DNA of 64,000 nt from Alphaproteobacteria bacterium (GCA_963555825.3 CAUVXB020000001.1:896001-960000); one strand, 5' to 3'; positions 1-12,451 are shown, counted from the stretch's first letter. The notes: generated from the sequence alone by a model not told the origin. Made by a program: numbers and translations.

Positions 1-1281
1 GAATTCCACGGTTCCAAGATCACCTCTGATGCCGGGTTGCTCGCCTACCGGGAGCTTGACGATGCCCTCGGCCTGACTGAGATGGCCGAGGGTGTTTTCC
101 AGGATAGCCGTACCGGCAAGAACGGATGGCACGGCATGACGGGTCAGTTTCGCCAGTCCGTTTTCGGGCGCCTTGGCGGCTATGACGATGTGAACGACGC
201 CGACCGTCTGGGACGCGATCCCGCCATGCGCTGGATTGTTGGCGGCAAGGCCATCGAAAGACAGGCCGCTTCCACCAGCCAGATGGGACGCTTCGAGACG
301 GAGCTATTGGCCACCGACGAGAACGTTGAAGCCTTGGTCGACATGAACGGGGTGTGGATCGACAAGGTTCATGACCGCCATCCGCCGAAGATGATCATTC
401 TCGACATGGACAGCAGCGTCAGCCCGACCCATGGCGAACAAGAGGGAACAGCGTACAATGGTCACTTCGGCTGTACCTGCTAGCATCCGCTATTCCTGTT
501 CAACCAGTTCGGCGACTTGGAGAGATGTTCCCTGCGCCCCGGTAATGTTCACAGTGCCGACGGATGGCGGAATGTTCTGGAGCCGGTGGTGATGCGCTAT
601 AAGGAAAGGAAGGTGCGGCTGTATTTTCGTGGCGATGCCGCCTTCGCCTCACCGGAGATATACGAATATCTCGAAGCCGAGGGATTACTCTACGTCATCC
701 GCCTCAAAGCGAACGCGATTCTCCAGCGGAACATTGCCCATCTGCTTACGCGACCTGTCGGTCGCCCGCCCGACCATGTTCGCCGTTTCCACGCCAGCTT
801 CAGCTATCAGGCCGGATCGTGGAACAAGAAGCGCCGTGTCGTGGCCAAAGTGGAGTGGCACCCCGGCGAGCTGGTTCCTCGCGTCGGTTTCATCGTCACT
901 AATCTGTCGCGCCCTACCAAGCGGGTGGTGGCGTTCTATAATCACCGTGGCACGGCGGAGCAGCACATCAAGGAAGGCAAGAACGCCATCAACTGGACCC
1001 GTCTGTCATGTCGCAAGTTCCGCAACAATGCCGTTCGGCTCCAGCTTCACGCCCTGGCCTACAATCTGGGCAACTTCATGAGGACACTGGCTTTGCCGAA
1101 GGAGGTGGAGCACTGGTCGATGACGACGTTGCGCGACAAGCTGGTGAAGATCGGGGCCAAGGTTGTCCGACATGGCCGCTACGTTACGTTCCAATTGGCT
1201 GAGGTGGCGGTGCCGAGGGACCTGTTCCGGAAAATCCTGAGCTTGATTGATGATCTGCGACGAAGACCCGCTCCGGCGTAG
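1..1281 (+). pseudogene. IS1380 DDE transposase with in-frame amber stop at 481-483
   Basis: ORFs 37-483 and 517-1281 share frame +1; GCTC*HPLFLF where C-Y-HP is expected. Confidence 0.85.
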
Positions 1282-1479
1282 GCCGAGGGAATCGACGGCG
1301 AGGAGAAAGCGACAGGAGAGGTGTGTCTGGATGGCGAGAAAAATGACCGAGTGGCCTTCCAAGCGCGGGCCGATTACCAAAATCATGCCATCGGATGGCT
1401 GCATAGGGGATACAGTTCCCTTGGCGGTGGGAAAGTGGTACGATTTCCACGAATTTGGATGGTATATGGGGAATGTCGG
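1..1479 (+). mobile_element. IS1380-family insertion sequence (left end outside window)
   Basis: Transposase motifs ITSDAGLL, ILDMDSS, FRGDAAF, YNHRGTAEQHIKEGK; right end ...TATGGGGAATGTCGG at about 1479, followed by host gene sequence. Confidence 0.88.
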
Positions 1480-1480
1480 C

Positions 1481-1570
1481 CTAATCAAATTTGACAATGA
1501 AGTTGGCTCGGATGGACGGGCGCTCATCAGCAGCCTAATTGCCGTGCGCAATACCGACGAGGCTGAATGA
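1481..1570 (+). pseudogene. C-terminal remnant of a probable AAA/ABC-type ATPase (PtuA-like) cut off by IS1380
   Basis: LIKFDNEVGSDGRALISSLIAVRN resembles my recollection of the tail of ATPases paired with this HNH family; stop overlaps the HNH start (ATGATG). Confidence 0.5.
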
Positions 1571-1869
1571 TGTGGCCGGTGGAACGACCGGACATCGACG
1601 CTGGCTACACCTTCAAAATCTGCATCAGTCTCGTGCGAAGCCATGAGTTAAAACGGCGGCTCACAAGTGTGCGTCCGGACATTCAAGCGGCCGCAGCCGA
1701 ATATGAGGTGAAGGCCGAGGCTGGCCATCTGCATCTGATTCCGGTTGCCAACATGGTTGGCGGCTGCGTGACGAAAGACGAGATGGTCAAAGTGTATTAT
1801 GCTGCGCCCCGTTTTTCGGACCACGGTTTAAGATAAGTCTGTCTCCTTCTTTCGGGGAAGGATTGAAGG

Positions 1870-2154
1870 ATGACGAGGGTTCGCAAGACGCATGGCGAAG
1901 GTTTCAAATTCAAGGTGGCGCTGGCGGCGTTGAAGGGAGACCGGACGCTTGGGGAGCTGAGCCGGGAGTATGCGGTTTCGGTTGGCGCGATCCAGAAGTG
2001 GCGTGACCAGTTGGAATGTGGGGGCAAGAGCCTTTTCGCCGACAAGCGCCGCCGGTCGGGGACGGCGGATGAGCGGACCATCGCCAAGTTGCATGAGAAG
2101 ATCGGCGAGTTGACGATGGAGCGCGACTTCTTAAAAAAAGCATTGGAGAGCTGA
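1870..2154 (+). CDS. IS3 OrfA (HTH)
   Basis: FKFKVALAAL..IGELTMERDFLKKA; A7G slippery site at about 2133-2140 for a -1 frameshift into OrfB. Confidence 0.92.
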   Translation: MTRVRKTHGEGFKFKVALAALKGDRTLGELSREYAVSVGAIQKWRDQLECGGKSLFADKRRRSGTADERTIAKLHEKIGELTMERDFLKKALES

Positions 2155-2198
2155 GCCGTGACAAAAGAAAAGCACTTCTCCGGCGCGAAGGTGGCGAC

Positions 2199-3086
2199 TT
2201 GAGCCTGCGCCGCCAATGCGCCCTTTTGGATATCAACCGCAGCACGGTGTACTACCGGCGGCGTTCCGGGACGGATGACGAGGTCGACATGATGAACCGC
2301 ATCCGGGACATCTGGGAGGCCCGTCCGTTCTACGGCTACCGCAAGATCGCCGAGGTCTTGCGCCGCGCCGGCCATGTCGTCAACCACAAGCGGGTGCGCC
2401 GCCTGATGAAGGCGATGGGGATCGCGGCGTTGTACGCCACGCCCAAGACCAGCCGCCCGGGGCGGGACCACGTTGTCCATCCTTATCTTCTGCAGGATCT
2501 GGACATTGTCCGCCCCGGTCAGGTCTGGCAGGTGGACATCACTTACATCAAGTTGCCGGTGGGCTTCGCTTATTTGGTGGCGCTGATCGATGTTTACAGC
2601 CGCCGGATCATGGGCTGGCGCCTGTCCAACTCGATGAGCCGGACGTTCTGTCTCGAGGCGCTGGAGGATGCGCTTGCCCAAGGGGTTGCGGACATCGTCA
2701 ACTCGGACCAGGGGGCGCAGTTCACGGCCAAGGACTGGGTATCGGCGCTGGAGGACTGCGGCATTCGGGTTTCCATGGACGGCAAAGGGCGTTGCCTGGA
2801 CAACATCTTCATTGAGCGCTTCTGGCGCTCGATCAAATACGAGGAAGTCTATCTCCGGGTCTATGAGAGCCTGCCCGAGGCGCGGCGCTGCATCGGCGCC
2901 TACATCGACTTCTACAACAGCCAGAGACCGCACCAGTCGCTGGATTACAATACGCCCGACGAGGTTTATTTCGAAGGCGGCCACCGGCCCGTGGATATGA
3001 TGGATAAGCCTGACGGCTTACCCACATCCCCACAGGCGCAACAACAGCAATCAGGAGACAAAAATTATCTTAAACAGGCCGCATAA
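2199..3086 (+). CDS. IS3 OrfB (rve integrase core)
   Basis: YGYRKI, WQVDITYI, NSDQGAQF, DNIFIERFWRSIKYE. Confidence 0.95.
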   Translation: MSLRRQCALLDINRSTVYYRRRSGTDDEVDMMNRIRDIWEARPFYGYRKIAEVLRRAGHVVNHKRVRRLMKAMGIAALYATPKTSRPGRDHVVHPYLLQDLDIVRPGQVWQVDITYIKLPVGFAYLVALIDVYSRRIMGWRLSNSMSRTFCLEALEDALAQGVADIVNSDQGAQFTAKDWVSALEDCGIRVSMDGKGRCLDNIFIERFWRSIKYEEVYLRVYESLPEARRCIGAYIDFYNSQRPHQSLDYNTPDEVYFEGGHRPVDMMDKPDGLPTSPQAQQQQSGDKNYLKQAA

Positions 3087-3657
3087 TGGTCTGGACAACG
3101 GGGCGCACTTTATATGACCAGCGGATGGTGGGGAAGAAAGGGCCAGGTCGTACGATATATGACCAGATCAAGTTACTGCCGGAGGGTGATCGATGTCCCT
3201 TGTGCGACCAACGCAATGTATCGACGCTGGATCATATCCTGCCAAAGATCCTCTATCCCGCCCTTGCTGTAGCACCGGATAATCTCGTTGGTGCGTGCTT
3301 CGAATGCAACAAGGCCAAGCTGGCCACAGCTCCAGTTACGCCGCAAGACACTCTCCTTCACCCGTACTTCGACGATGTCAGCCACGAGCAGTGGTTGAAG
3401 GCGGGGATCGTGCCACAAGCCCGCCCGCTGTGATCTTTAGGGTTGAAGCGCCGCACAGCTGGCCCGCCGATTTGACGATTCGCGTACGACACCAGTTCGA
3501 CATTTTCGGATTACCGTCGCTCTATTCCAGTGAAGCGGCCCGTGAGATCAGCAACATTCGCCATAACCTCCAGACCCATTTCGATGCGGGTGGAACTGGG
3601 GCGGTACAGAACGAACTAATGCTGTATCGCACCCGGTTCCTTGGACACAAGTTTGTC

Positions 3658-4569
3658 TCATGCGGCGGGCCTGAGTGACATCGCGGTGTGCCACGCCTGA
3701 CGAGCTTGAGCGGGGCTCAGGTAGCCGTTCTTCTCCACGATCCACTGGGCATTGTACTGTTCGACGAACCCGCGGACGGCGTTCCGCAGCTCCGCGATGT
3801 TGCGGTAGATGCGGCCATGGATGATCTGTTCCTTGAGCGTGCGATTGAACCTCTCGGCGACGCCGTTGGTCTGGGGCTGTTCGACGAAGGCGTAGGACGG
3901 CTGGATGCCCCAGAACTTGATCTGGTTGGTGAAGTGGTCCGACAGATACTGGGAGCCGTGATCCATCCGCAAGGCCAGCCCCCGCGCCGCACCGGCGGAG
4001 GTCGAGGCATACAGCCTCGCAAGCCCCATGGAGATCGGCTGAAGGGCGGCGAAGCGGTCGCCTCGCTTGCACACATGCCAGCCGACGCACTCGGCGTTCC
4101 AATGCTCGATGGCGGTGAATATCCAGCCCCAGCCGTCGTCCACCGTGAACACCCGAACGCCGTCCGTGCCCCACATGAGGTTGGGGGCATGGGTGATGAT
4201 CTCACCGACATGGGGATTTCCGCCACGGCGGCGGCAGCGATGGGGCGAGAGCAGGTTGTTCTCGCGCATCACCCGGAGCCCCCGCTTGCGGGAAACACGG
4301 ATGCCACGACAGACCCGAAGCCGAGCCCAGACCTTGCGGTGTCCCTCGCCCTCCCAGGGGGATGCCTCCAGGTCGGCCTCGATGGCCACCAGCAGAGCCT
4401 CGTCCGAGATCGAGGGCTTCGGTCCCCGGCGCTTTGCTGGTGGGCGCTCAGCGGTGGCCTGCTGCCGGGATTTCATGGCGTAGAACGAGGAACGGGCAAA
4501 ACCCCAGGCCGCACAGACCCGCTGGAGGCCGTAGGCCAAACCCGTGCCGGGAGAGGTGGCGGCACTCAT
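3658..4569 (-). CDS. rve/DDE transposase OrfB, copy 1
   Basis: WGTDG, RMDHGSQY, TNGVAERFNRTLKEQ. Confidence 0.92.
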   Translation of the reverse strand: MSAATSPGTGLAYGLQRVCAAWGFARSSFYAMKSRQQATAERPPAKRRGPKPSISDEALLVAIEADLEASPWEGEGHRKVWARLRVCRGIRVSRKRGLRVMRENNLLSPHRCRRRGGNPHVGEIITHAPNLMWGTDGVRVFTVDDGWGWIFTAIEHWNAECVGWHVCKRGDRFAALQPISMGLARLYASTSAGAARGLALRMDHGSQYLSDHFTNQIKFWGIQPSYAFVEQPQTNGVAERFNRTLKEQIIHGRIYRNIAELRNAVRGFVEQYNAQWIVEKNGYLSPAQARQAWHTAMSLRPAA

Positions 4570-4976
4570 CGCCGCGACCTCCGCCGCCCCAAAGGGCCGG
4601 ACGTCTCCGTCTTGGCCTCCAGCAGTTCCACCTGCATGATCAACTCCCCGATCCGCTTCATGGCGATGTCCAGTTCCGCCTTCACCGGATCGCCCTTGCG
4701 TTCCTTGAGCGAGGCATCGATCCCGGCGATCGCCTTCTCACGCCACTGCTCGAGCCGGAAAATCTCCACGCCCAACTGCCGCGACAAAAGTTCCACCGGC
4801 TCGCCACGCAAAAGCCGCAGGGCAACCTCACGCTTGCGCGTCACCGTCCACCGCTGGCCAAGTCCCAGCGGGCCTGCCGGCGAAACCTGGCCCGGGGAAA
4901 ACGTGGACGAGCCAAGCTCGCCCTCGTTTACCACAGGCCCATCAACAGCAACTTTGTTCTCAAAATTGTCGGTCAT
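4566..4976 (-). CDS. IS OrfA (HTH), copy 1
   Basis: RKREVALRLLRGE HTH; AGGAGG RBS before MTDNF; ATGA overlap with OrfB. Confidence 0.85.
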   Translation of the reverse strand: MTDNFENKVAVDGPVVNEGELGSSTFSPGQVSPAGPLGLGQRWTVTRKREVALRLLRGEPVELLSRQLGVEIFRLEQWREKAIAGIDASLKERKGDPVKAELDIAMKRIGELIMQVELLEAKTETSGPLGRRRSRR

Positions 4977-5226
4977 GTTCCGGTCCTCCTTGGACACTTC
5001 GATTAAGCCAATTCTGTGTCCAAGGAAATCGGGTCCGACTCAGAACGAACTAATGCGTCAATGGTACTCTCGCCGTGCAAATCGGCTTAACTCGTGGCAA
5101 ACGGCAACCTATGAAGCACTCGCTCACGACGCTTGGTTTTGTGATGGCGGATTCGCTTGAGACTCCACGTCGCAACCGAATGGCCCACGGAGCTTGAAGC
5201 ATCGATGTCTCCCAAACACAAACAGG

Positions 5227-6646
5227 TGTATCGCACCCGGTTCCTTGGACACAAGTTTGTCTCATGCGGCGGGCCTGAGTGACATCGCGGTGTGCCACGC
5301 CTGACGAGCTTGAGCGGGGCTCAGGTAGCCGTTCTTCTCCACGATCCACTGGGCATTGTACTGTTCGACGAACCCGCGGACGGCGTTCCGCAGCTCCGCG
5401 ATGTTGCGGTAGATGCGGCCATGGATGATCTGTTCCTTGAGCGTGCGATTGAACCTCTCGGCGACGCCGTTGGTCTGGGGCTGTTCGACGAAGGCGTAGG
5501 ACGGCTGGATGCCCCAGAACTTGATCTGGTTGGTGAAGTGGTCCGACAGATACTGGGAGCCGTGATCCATCCGCAAGGCCAGCCCCCGCGCCGCACCGGC
5601 GGAGGTCGAGGCATACAGCCTCGCAAGCCCCATGGAGATCGGCTGAAGGGCGGCGAAGCGGTCGCCTCGCTTGCACACATGCCAGCCGACGCACTCGGCG
5701 TTCCAATGCTCGATGGCGGTGAATATCCAGCCCCAGCCGTCGTCCACCGTGAACACCCGAACGCCGTCCGTGCCCCACATGAGGTTGGGGGCATGGGTGA
5801 TGATCTCACCGACATGGGGATTTCCGCCACGGCGGCGGCAGCGATGGGGCGAGAGCAGGTTGTTCTCGCGCATCACCCGGAGCCCCCGCTTGCGGGAAAC
5901 ACGGATGCCACGACAGACCCGAAGCCGAGCCCAGACCTTGCGGTGTCCCTCGCCCTCCCAGGGGGATGCCTCCAGGTCGGCCTCGATGGCCACCAGCAGA
6001 GCCTCGTCCGAGATCGAGGGCTTCGGTCCCCGGCGCTTTGCTGGTGGGCGCTCAGCGGTGGCCTGCTGCCGGGATTTCATGGCGTAGAACGAGGAACGGG
6101 CAAAACCCCAGGCCGCACAGACCCGCTGGAGGCCGTAGGCCAAACCCGTGCCGGGAGAGGTGGCGGCACTCATCGCCGCGACCTCCGCCGCCCCAAAGGG
6201 CCGGACGTCTCCGTCTTGGCCTCCAGCAGTTCCACCTGCATGATCAACTCCCCGATCCGCTTCATGGCGATGTCCAGTTCCGCCTTCACCGGATCGCCCT
6301 TGCGTTCCTTGAGCGAGGCATCGATCCCGGCGATCGCCTTCTCACGCCACTGCTCGAGCCGGAAAATCTCCACGCCCAACTGCCGCGACAAAAGTTCCAC
6401 CGGCTCGCCACGCAAAAGCCGCAGGGCAACCTCACGCTTGCGCGTCACCGTCCACCGCTGGCCAAGTCCCAGCGGGCCTGCCGGCGAAACCTGGCCCGGG
6501 GAAAACGTGGACGAGCCAAGCTCGCCCTCGTTTACCACAGGCCCATCAACAGCAACTTTGTTCTCAAAATTGTCGGTCATGTTCCGGTCCTCCTTGGACA
6601 CTTCGATTAAGCCAATTCTGTGTCCAAGGAAATCGGGTCCGACTCA
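5227..6646 (-). mobile_element. 1420-bp IS, copy 2 (OrfB 5262-6173, OrfA 6170-6580), 14-bp target duplication
   Basis: Same ends, length and translations as copy 1; CAAACACAAACAGG at 5213-5226 and 6647-6660. Confidence 0.93.
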
Positions 6647-6773
6647 CAAACACAAACAGGAAAGAACAACGCAAATGTTTGTAAGGAGTCACTCTCGGCC
6701 GTTCGGCGGAGGGTCTGCGCTGTCCCGACCGCATCGATCAGCGAGCATCTACCGGACAAGCGTATCAAAGCTA

Positions 6774-8454
<1,681 letters not shown>

Positions 8455-8464
8455 GAAATTTCCG

Positions 8465-8902
8465 TCAGCCGTCGCGGCCCGCCTGGCCGTGATACTCGAC
8501 GAAGCGATCGGGCCGGACGCGGATTGCCACGCTCTCGCTGTCGCTTTCGCTGTCGCCGCCGTTGCTGTCGGCCAGATAGCGTTGCGCCCGCTCTTCGCCG
8601 ATATAGCGCGACACCATGGCGTACATCTTCTCCCTCGAGAGCGCCGGCTCGATCGCCGCCGAGCCCTTGATCATCACCGCGTAATAGGGCGGGTCGCGGC
8701 GGTCGACGACCACGGTCGCCTTGCCCGTGCGCTCGACGTTTCTGACCTTCTGGGATTTCCGGTAACAGGCGAAGAGAATGTCGCCTTCGTCGTAGAGATA
8801 CCACATCGGCATGGCGTGTGGCGCGTCGCCCGGGCCCGTCGTCGCGAGGACGCAGATGTTGGGCTCCGCGAGGAAGTCGATGGCTTGTTTGGGTGCTTTC
8901 AT
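8465..8902 (-). CDS. Pyridoxamine 5'-phosphate oxidase-like (PPOX) protein
   Basis: VLATTGPGDAPHAMPMWY..SQKVRNV. Confidence 0.82.
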   Translation of the reverse strand: MKAPKQAIDFLAEPNICVLATTGPGDAPHAMPMWYLYDEGDILFACYRKSQKVRNVERTGKATVVVDRRDPPYYAVMIKGSAAIEPALSREKMYAMVSRYIGEERAQRYLADSNGGDSESDSESVAIRVRPDRFVEYHGQAGRDG

Positions 8903-8914
8903 TTCGCTCTATCC

Positions 8915-9673
8915 TCAATGCAGGAACGAAGCGCCGCCGAAGTCGATCGTCGCGCCCGACGCGTAGCTTGCCTTGCCGGATGCCAGGAAGGTGACGATAT
9001 TGGCGATGTCCTGCGGCTGGCCGAGTCGGCCGAGCGGGATTTCGCGCACCGCCTCTTCCATGCCGTAGTGCTCGACGAAGTCGCGCGACTGGTCGGTCTC
9101 GATGATGCCGGCGCAAATCAGGTAAGTGCGCACGCCGTCGTCGGCGCAGAACCGCGCGATGCCGCGCAACAGCGAGTTCATGCCGCCCTTGGCGGCGCCG
9201 TCGTGGAAGTATTCGGGCCGGTCGCCGCGCACCGCGATGCGCGCCGTGATGCCGATGATGATGCCGCCGCCGCGGGCGCGGTAATGCTGGATCGCGAAGC
9301 GCGACATATGCGCGGTCGCCAAGAGGTTGATGCGAAAGGCCTCGACCCAGTGAGCGTCCCATTCCTCGGTCGGTGCGTCGAGGGCGACCGCCTGGCGCTT
9401 GGCGGCGTTGTTGACCAGCACGTCGATGTGGCCCTTCCAGTCGGCCGCCTGACGCCACAGGCTTTCGAGCTGGCGCCAGTCGCTCATCTCGGCGCCGACG
9501 GGCAGGCAGTGGTCGCGGCCCAACTCGTCGGCGATCGCCTCGGCGCGCTCGCGGCTCCGCGTATAGTTGAGCACCACGTCGGCGCCCGCGGCGCAGAGGT
9601 CGCGCACGATGCCCTCGCCGATGCCGCGCGAGCCGCCGGTGACCAGCGCGACTTTGCCCGTCAAATCGGTCAT
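8915..9673 (-). CDS. SDR family oxidoreductase
   Basis: TGGSRGIG, LVNNAA; the usual YxxxK appears as DGAAK. Confidence 0.9.
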   Translation of the reverse strand: MTDLTGKVALVTGGSRGIGEGIVRDLCAAGADVVLNYTRSRERAEAIADELGRDHCLPVGAEMSDWRQLESLWRQAADWKGHIDVLVNNAAKRQAVALDAPTEEWDAHWVEAFRINLLATAHMSRFAIQHYRARGGGIIIGITARIAVRGDRPEYFHDGAAKGGMNSLLRGIARFCADDGVRTYLICAGIIETDQSRDFVEHYGMEEAVREIPLGRLGQPQDIANIVTFLASGKASYASGATIDFGGASFLH

Positions 9674-9692
9674 TTCTGGCTCCCCTGCCCGT

Positions 9693-10115
9693 CTAGACTG
9701 CTTTCAGGATGTGTTCGGCGACGGCGACGGTCTCGCCGTGCTGGTTGGTCACCGTGATCGCCGCGGTGGCGCGGTCGCGCGCCGGATCGGTCGCCACAAT
9801 CTCATAGACCACCGTCACGGTGTCGCCGATGAAGACCGGCGCGACGTGGCGGATGCGGTCGAAGCCGAGCGAGGCCACGGCCCGCTCCATGCCCCGGGTC
9901 GCCAGCGAAGAGGCGGTCGACATGTAGCCGATGATCAGCGCGCCGTGGGCGATGCGCCGGCCGTAGGGCGTCGCCTTGCAGAACTCCTCGTCGATGTGCA
10001 GCGGATCGAAATCGCCGGTCACGCCGGCGAACAGATAGATGTCGGATTCGGAAACCGTCTTGCGGAACTCGACGCGTTTGCCGATGTCGATCCCGTCCAG
10101 CGCGTCGTCCGTCAT
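9693..10115 (-). CDS. MaoC-family (hot-dog) dehydratase
   Basis: FAGVTGDFDPLHID, IAHG, PVFIGDT. Confidence 0.92.
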   Translation of the reverse strand: MTDDALDGIDIGKRVEFRKTVSESDIYLFAGVTGDFDPLHIDEEFCKATPYGRRIAHGALIIGYMSTASSLATRGMERAVASLGFDRIRHVAPVFIGDTVTVVYEIVATDPARDRATAAITVTNQHGETVAVAEHILKAV

Positions 10116-10214
10116 GACCCGTTCCCCCGCAGCGTTTGGTGGCCGCCCCGAAAGCTACCACAATCGCGGCGCTTGGCGCTTGTCGCGGGTAACCCGCCAT
10201 GACAGACTTCCGCG

Positions 10215-11339
10215 CTAGTGTCCCGATTCCGAAGTTCGCATGATTTTCGCCTGCTGTTCAGCGATTTCGATTGTTCGGAGGCAGAAGCGCTGGATGGCGC
10301 CGAGGATGTCATCGGCGGATTTGGTCCATTTGAAGGGTTTGGGGTTCTGGTTTGTCGTGTCGATGTAGTCGAGGATGGTGCGCTCCAACTCCTTGGTGGA
10401 GCGATGGACGCCGCGCCTGATCTGCTTGTCGGTCAGCAGCCCGAACCAGCGCTCGACCTGGTTCAGCCAGGAGGCGCTGGTGGGTGTGAAATGGGCCTGC
10501 CAGCGCGGCCGTTTGGCGAACCAGTCGCGGATCGCCTTGGTCTTGTGGGTCCCGTAGTTGTCCATGACGATGTGGATGTCGAGATCAGCAGGGACGTTCG
10601 CCTCGACGAGGTCGAGGAATTTGCGGAACTCTCGGGCCCGATGGCGCGGGAAACATTTGCCGATGATCTCTCCCGTGGCGATGTCGAGGGCCGCGAAGAG
10701 AGAGGTCGTGCCGTGGCGCTTGTAGTCGTGGCTGCGCCGCTCCGCCTGCCCGGGGCGCATCGGCAAGAGGGGCTGGGAACGGTCCAGGGCCTGGATCTGG
10801 CTCTTTTCGTCGACACAGAGAACCAGGGCACGATCCGGCGGCGCCAAATACAGACCGACGATGTCGCGGACCTTCTCCACGAAGAAGGGATCGCTCGACA
10901 GCTTGAAGGTCTCCGAGCGATGCGGCTGCAAGCCGAAGGCCCGCCAGATGCGATGAATGGTCGAGGGCGCGTGGCCGCTCGCCCGCGCCATCGAGCGAAG
11001 GCTCCAATGGGTCGCGTCCGGCGGCGTCTCTTCCAGCGTCAGCCGGACCGCTTCCGCGATGGCGTCATCGCCGATTTGACGCGGCGCGCCGGGGCGGGGT
11101 TCGTCGTACAGACCGTCGAGGCCCTCCGCCGCATAGCGGCGACGCCACTTGCCCACGGTGTCCGCGCTCGCCTCGAGACGAACGGCGATCTCCTTGTTCT
11201 CCAACCCTTCCGCCGCCGCCAAGACGATCCGAGCCCGCCGCGCAAGCCCCTGCGACGTCTTGCGACGACGAGACAGCGCCTCCAATTCGGCGCGCTCGTC
11301 ATCGCTCAAAGAGATCGTCACCGCCACTCTCGCCATCAA
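10215..11339 (-). CDS. IS630 transposase
   Basis: [35 protein letters not shown]. Confidence 0.95.
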   Translation of the reverse strand: MMARVAVTISLSDDERAELEALSRRRKTSQGLARRARIVLAAAEGLENKEIAVRLEASADTVGKWRRRYAAEGLDGLYDEPRPGAPRQIGDDAIAEAVRLTLEETPPDATHWSLRSMARASGHAPSTIHRIWRAFGLQPHRSETFKLSSDPFFVEKVRDIVGLYLAPPDRALVLCVDEKSQIQALDRSQPLLPMRPGQAERRSHDYKRHGTTSLFAALDIATGEIIGKCFPRHRAREFRKFLDLVEANVPADLDIHIVMDNYGTHKTKAIRDWFAKRPRWQAHFTPTSASWLNQVERWFGLLTDKQIRRGVHRSTKELERTILDYIDTTNQNPKPFKWTKSADDILGAIQRFCLRTIEIAEQQAKIMRTSESGH

Positions 11340-11398
11340 TCGCGCCTCCTAAAAACAAATAGAGACATAATCATATCAATTTATCGATCAGGACACTA
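10216..11398 (-). mobile_element. IS630-family element, copy 1, inserted at CTAG
   Basis: Ends TAGTGTCCCGAT and ATCAGGACACTA; TA duplication. Confidence 0.93.
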
Positions 11399-11554
11399 GA
11401 GCATAATCCGATCGATGGGAATCGGTCGGATTATGCCAGCCCGCGACTGCGGGCCGCCGACCGTTCGGCCACCCTTGATTCCACAAGATTGGCATGCGCG
11501 GCGATTGAGCGCAGGTTATCTTTGCGCAGCAATGATGACCGGACAATGTTCTGG
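11396..11554 (+). repeat. TAGAG-ended MITE family A, copy 1 (1 internal hairpin unit)
   Basis: Imperfect TIR CTAGAGCATAATCCGATC and GACCGGACAATGTTCTGG; shared core GGGCCGCCGACCGTTCGGC...TGCGCGGCGATTGAGCGCAGG. Confidence 0.75.
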
Positions 11555-11575
11555 CGCGCCCTTCGGAGGAGAATC

Positions 11576-12370
11576 ATGGCCGAATACGAGGACATCATCT
11601 ACGGCGTGAAGGACCACGTCGCGACGATCACCATCAACCGCCCGAAACGGCTCAACGCCTTCACCCAGAAGACGATCTACGAGTGGGAGGACGCGCTGCG
11701 CAAGGCCGAGGCCGACGCGAATGTCGGCGTCATCGTCTTCACCGGCGTCGGCGAGCGCGCCTTCTCGTCGGGCGGCGACGTCAACTGGGAGGCCGAGGGC
11801 GGCACGCAGGAAGAGGACTACCATACCGCCGAGATGATCATCGACTGCCCCAAGCCGGTGGTCGCCCGGGTCAACGGCTGGTGCATCGGCGGCGGCAACC
11901 ACCTGGCCTATTTCTGCGACATCACGATCGCCGCCGAGCACGCCAAATTCGGCCAGAACGGCCCGCGCGTCGGCTCGCCCGCCGGCGGCTACATGGTGGC
12001 GCAGCTGGCCAACATCGTCGGCCACAAGCGGGCGCGCGAAATGTGGCTGTTGTGCCGGCACTACACCGCCCATGAGATGCTCGAATGGGGCCTGGTCAAC
12101 GCCGTCGTGCCGATGGCCGAGCTCGACGACGAGGTCGACAAGTGGTGCCGCGAGATGCTCGCGTTGAGCCCGACCTGCCTGGCCTCGGTCAAGGCCTCGT
12201 TCCGCCATATCATGAAGGGCACCATGGACCGCGACATGTTCGAGAACCTCGCCGCGGTGAAGCCCGATTATTTCGAGACCGGCGAGCAGGCCGAGGGCGC
12301 CTCGGCCTTCCTCGAGAAGCGCACGCCCGACTTCAGCCCGTGGCGCTGGGGCGCCGAGGGCGGCGATTGA
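11576..12370 (+). CDS. Crotonase family, 2-ketocyclohexanecarboxyl-CoA hydrolase (BadI/MenB-like)
   Basis: ITINRPKRLNAF, AFSSGGD, IGGGNHL, FGQNGPRVGS, VGHKRAREMW; GGAGGA RBS. Confidence 0.8.
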   Translation: MAEYEDIIYGVKDHVATITINRPKRLNAFTQKTIYEWEDALRKAEADANVGVIVFTGVGERAFSSGGDVNWEAEGGTQEEDYHTAEMIIDCPKPVVARVNGWCIGGGNHLAYFCDITIAAEHAKFGQNGPRVGSPAGGYMVAQLANIVGHKRAREMWLLCRHYTAHEMLEWGLVNAVVPMAELDDEVDKWCREMLALSPTCLASVKASFRHIMKGTMDRDMFENLAAVKPDYFETGEQAEGASAFLEKRTPDFSPWRWGAEGGD

Positions 12371-12451
12371 GGGCAGTGATTGACAGCGACGCCATGACCT
12401 TCGACGCCGGCCTGCCTTCGGCCACCTCGACCCGGCCGGCCCATGATGTTT

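Larger units (their letters stand above)
1798..3112 (+). mobile_element. IS3-family element with 3-bp target duplication TAT
   Basis: Imperfect IRs TATGCTGCGCCCCGTTTTTCGGACCA and TGGTCTGGACAACGGGGCGCACTTTA; TAT at 1795-1797 and 3113-3115. Confidence 0.93.
3623..5042 (-). mobile_element. 1420-bp two-ORF IS (IS3/IS481-like), copy 1, 14-bp target duplication
   Basis: Ends TGTATCGCACCCGGTTCCTTGGACAC and GTGTCCAAGGAAATCGGGTCCGACTCA; GAACGAACTAATGC at 3609-3622 and 5043-5056. Confidence 0.93.
1567..5160 (+). pseudogene. HNH endonuclease (PtuB-like) split by two IS insertions and a frameshift
   Basis: Removing IS 1798-3112 and IS 3623-5042 with one target duplication each joins MWPVERP..VKVY|DQRMV..CPLC..TLDHILPK..NLVGACFECNKAK..QNELM|RQWY..WFCDGGFA*; 1-bp frameshift near 3414. 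Confidence 0.85.

Noticed and set aside
481-483. Pyrrolysine or amber readthrough in the IS1380 transposase
   Set aside because: A single substitution at an expected Tyr codon is simpler; many genes here end in TAG and no pyl genes are seen
3623-6646. Composite transposon or assembly duplication of the 1420-bp IS
   Set aside because: Each copy has its own distinct 14-bp target duplication
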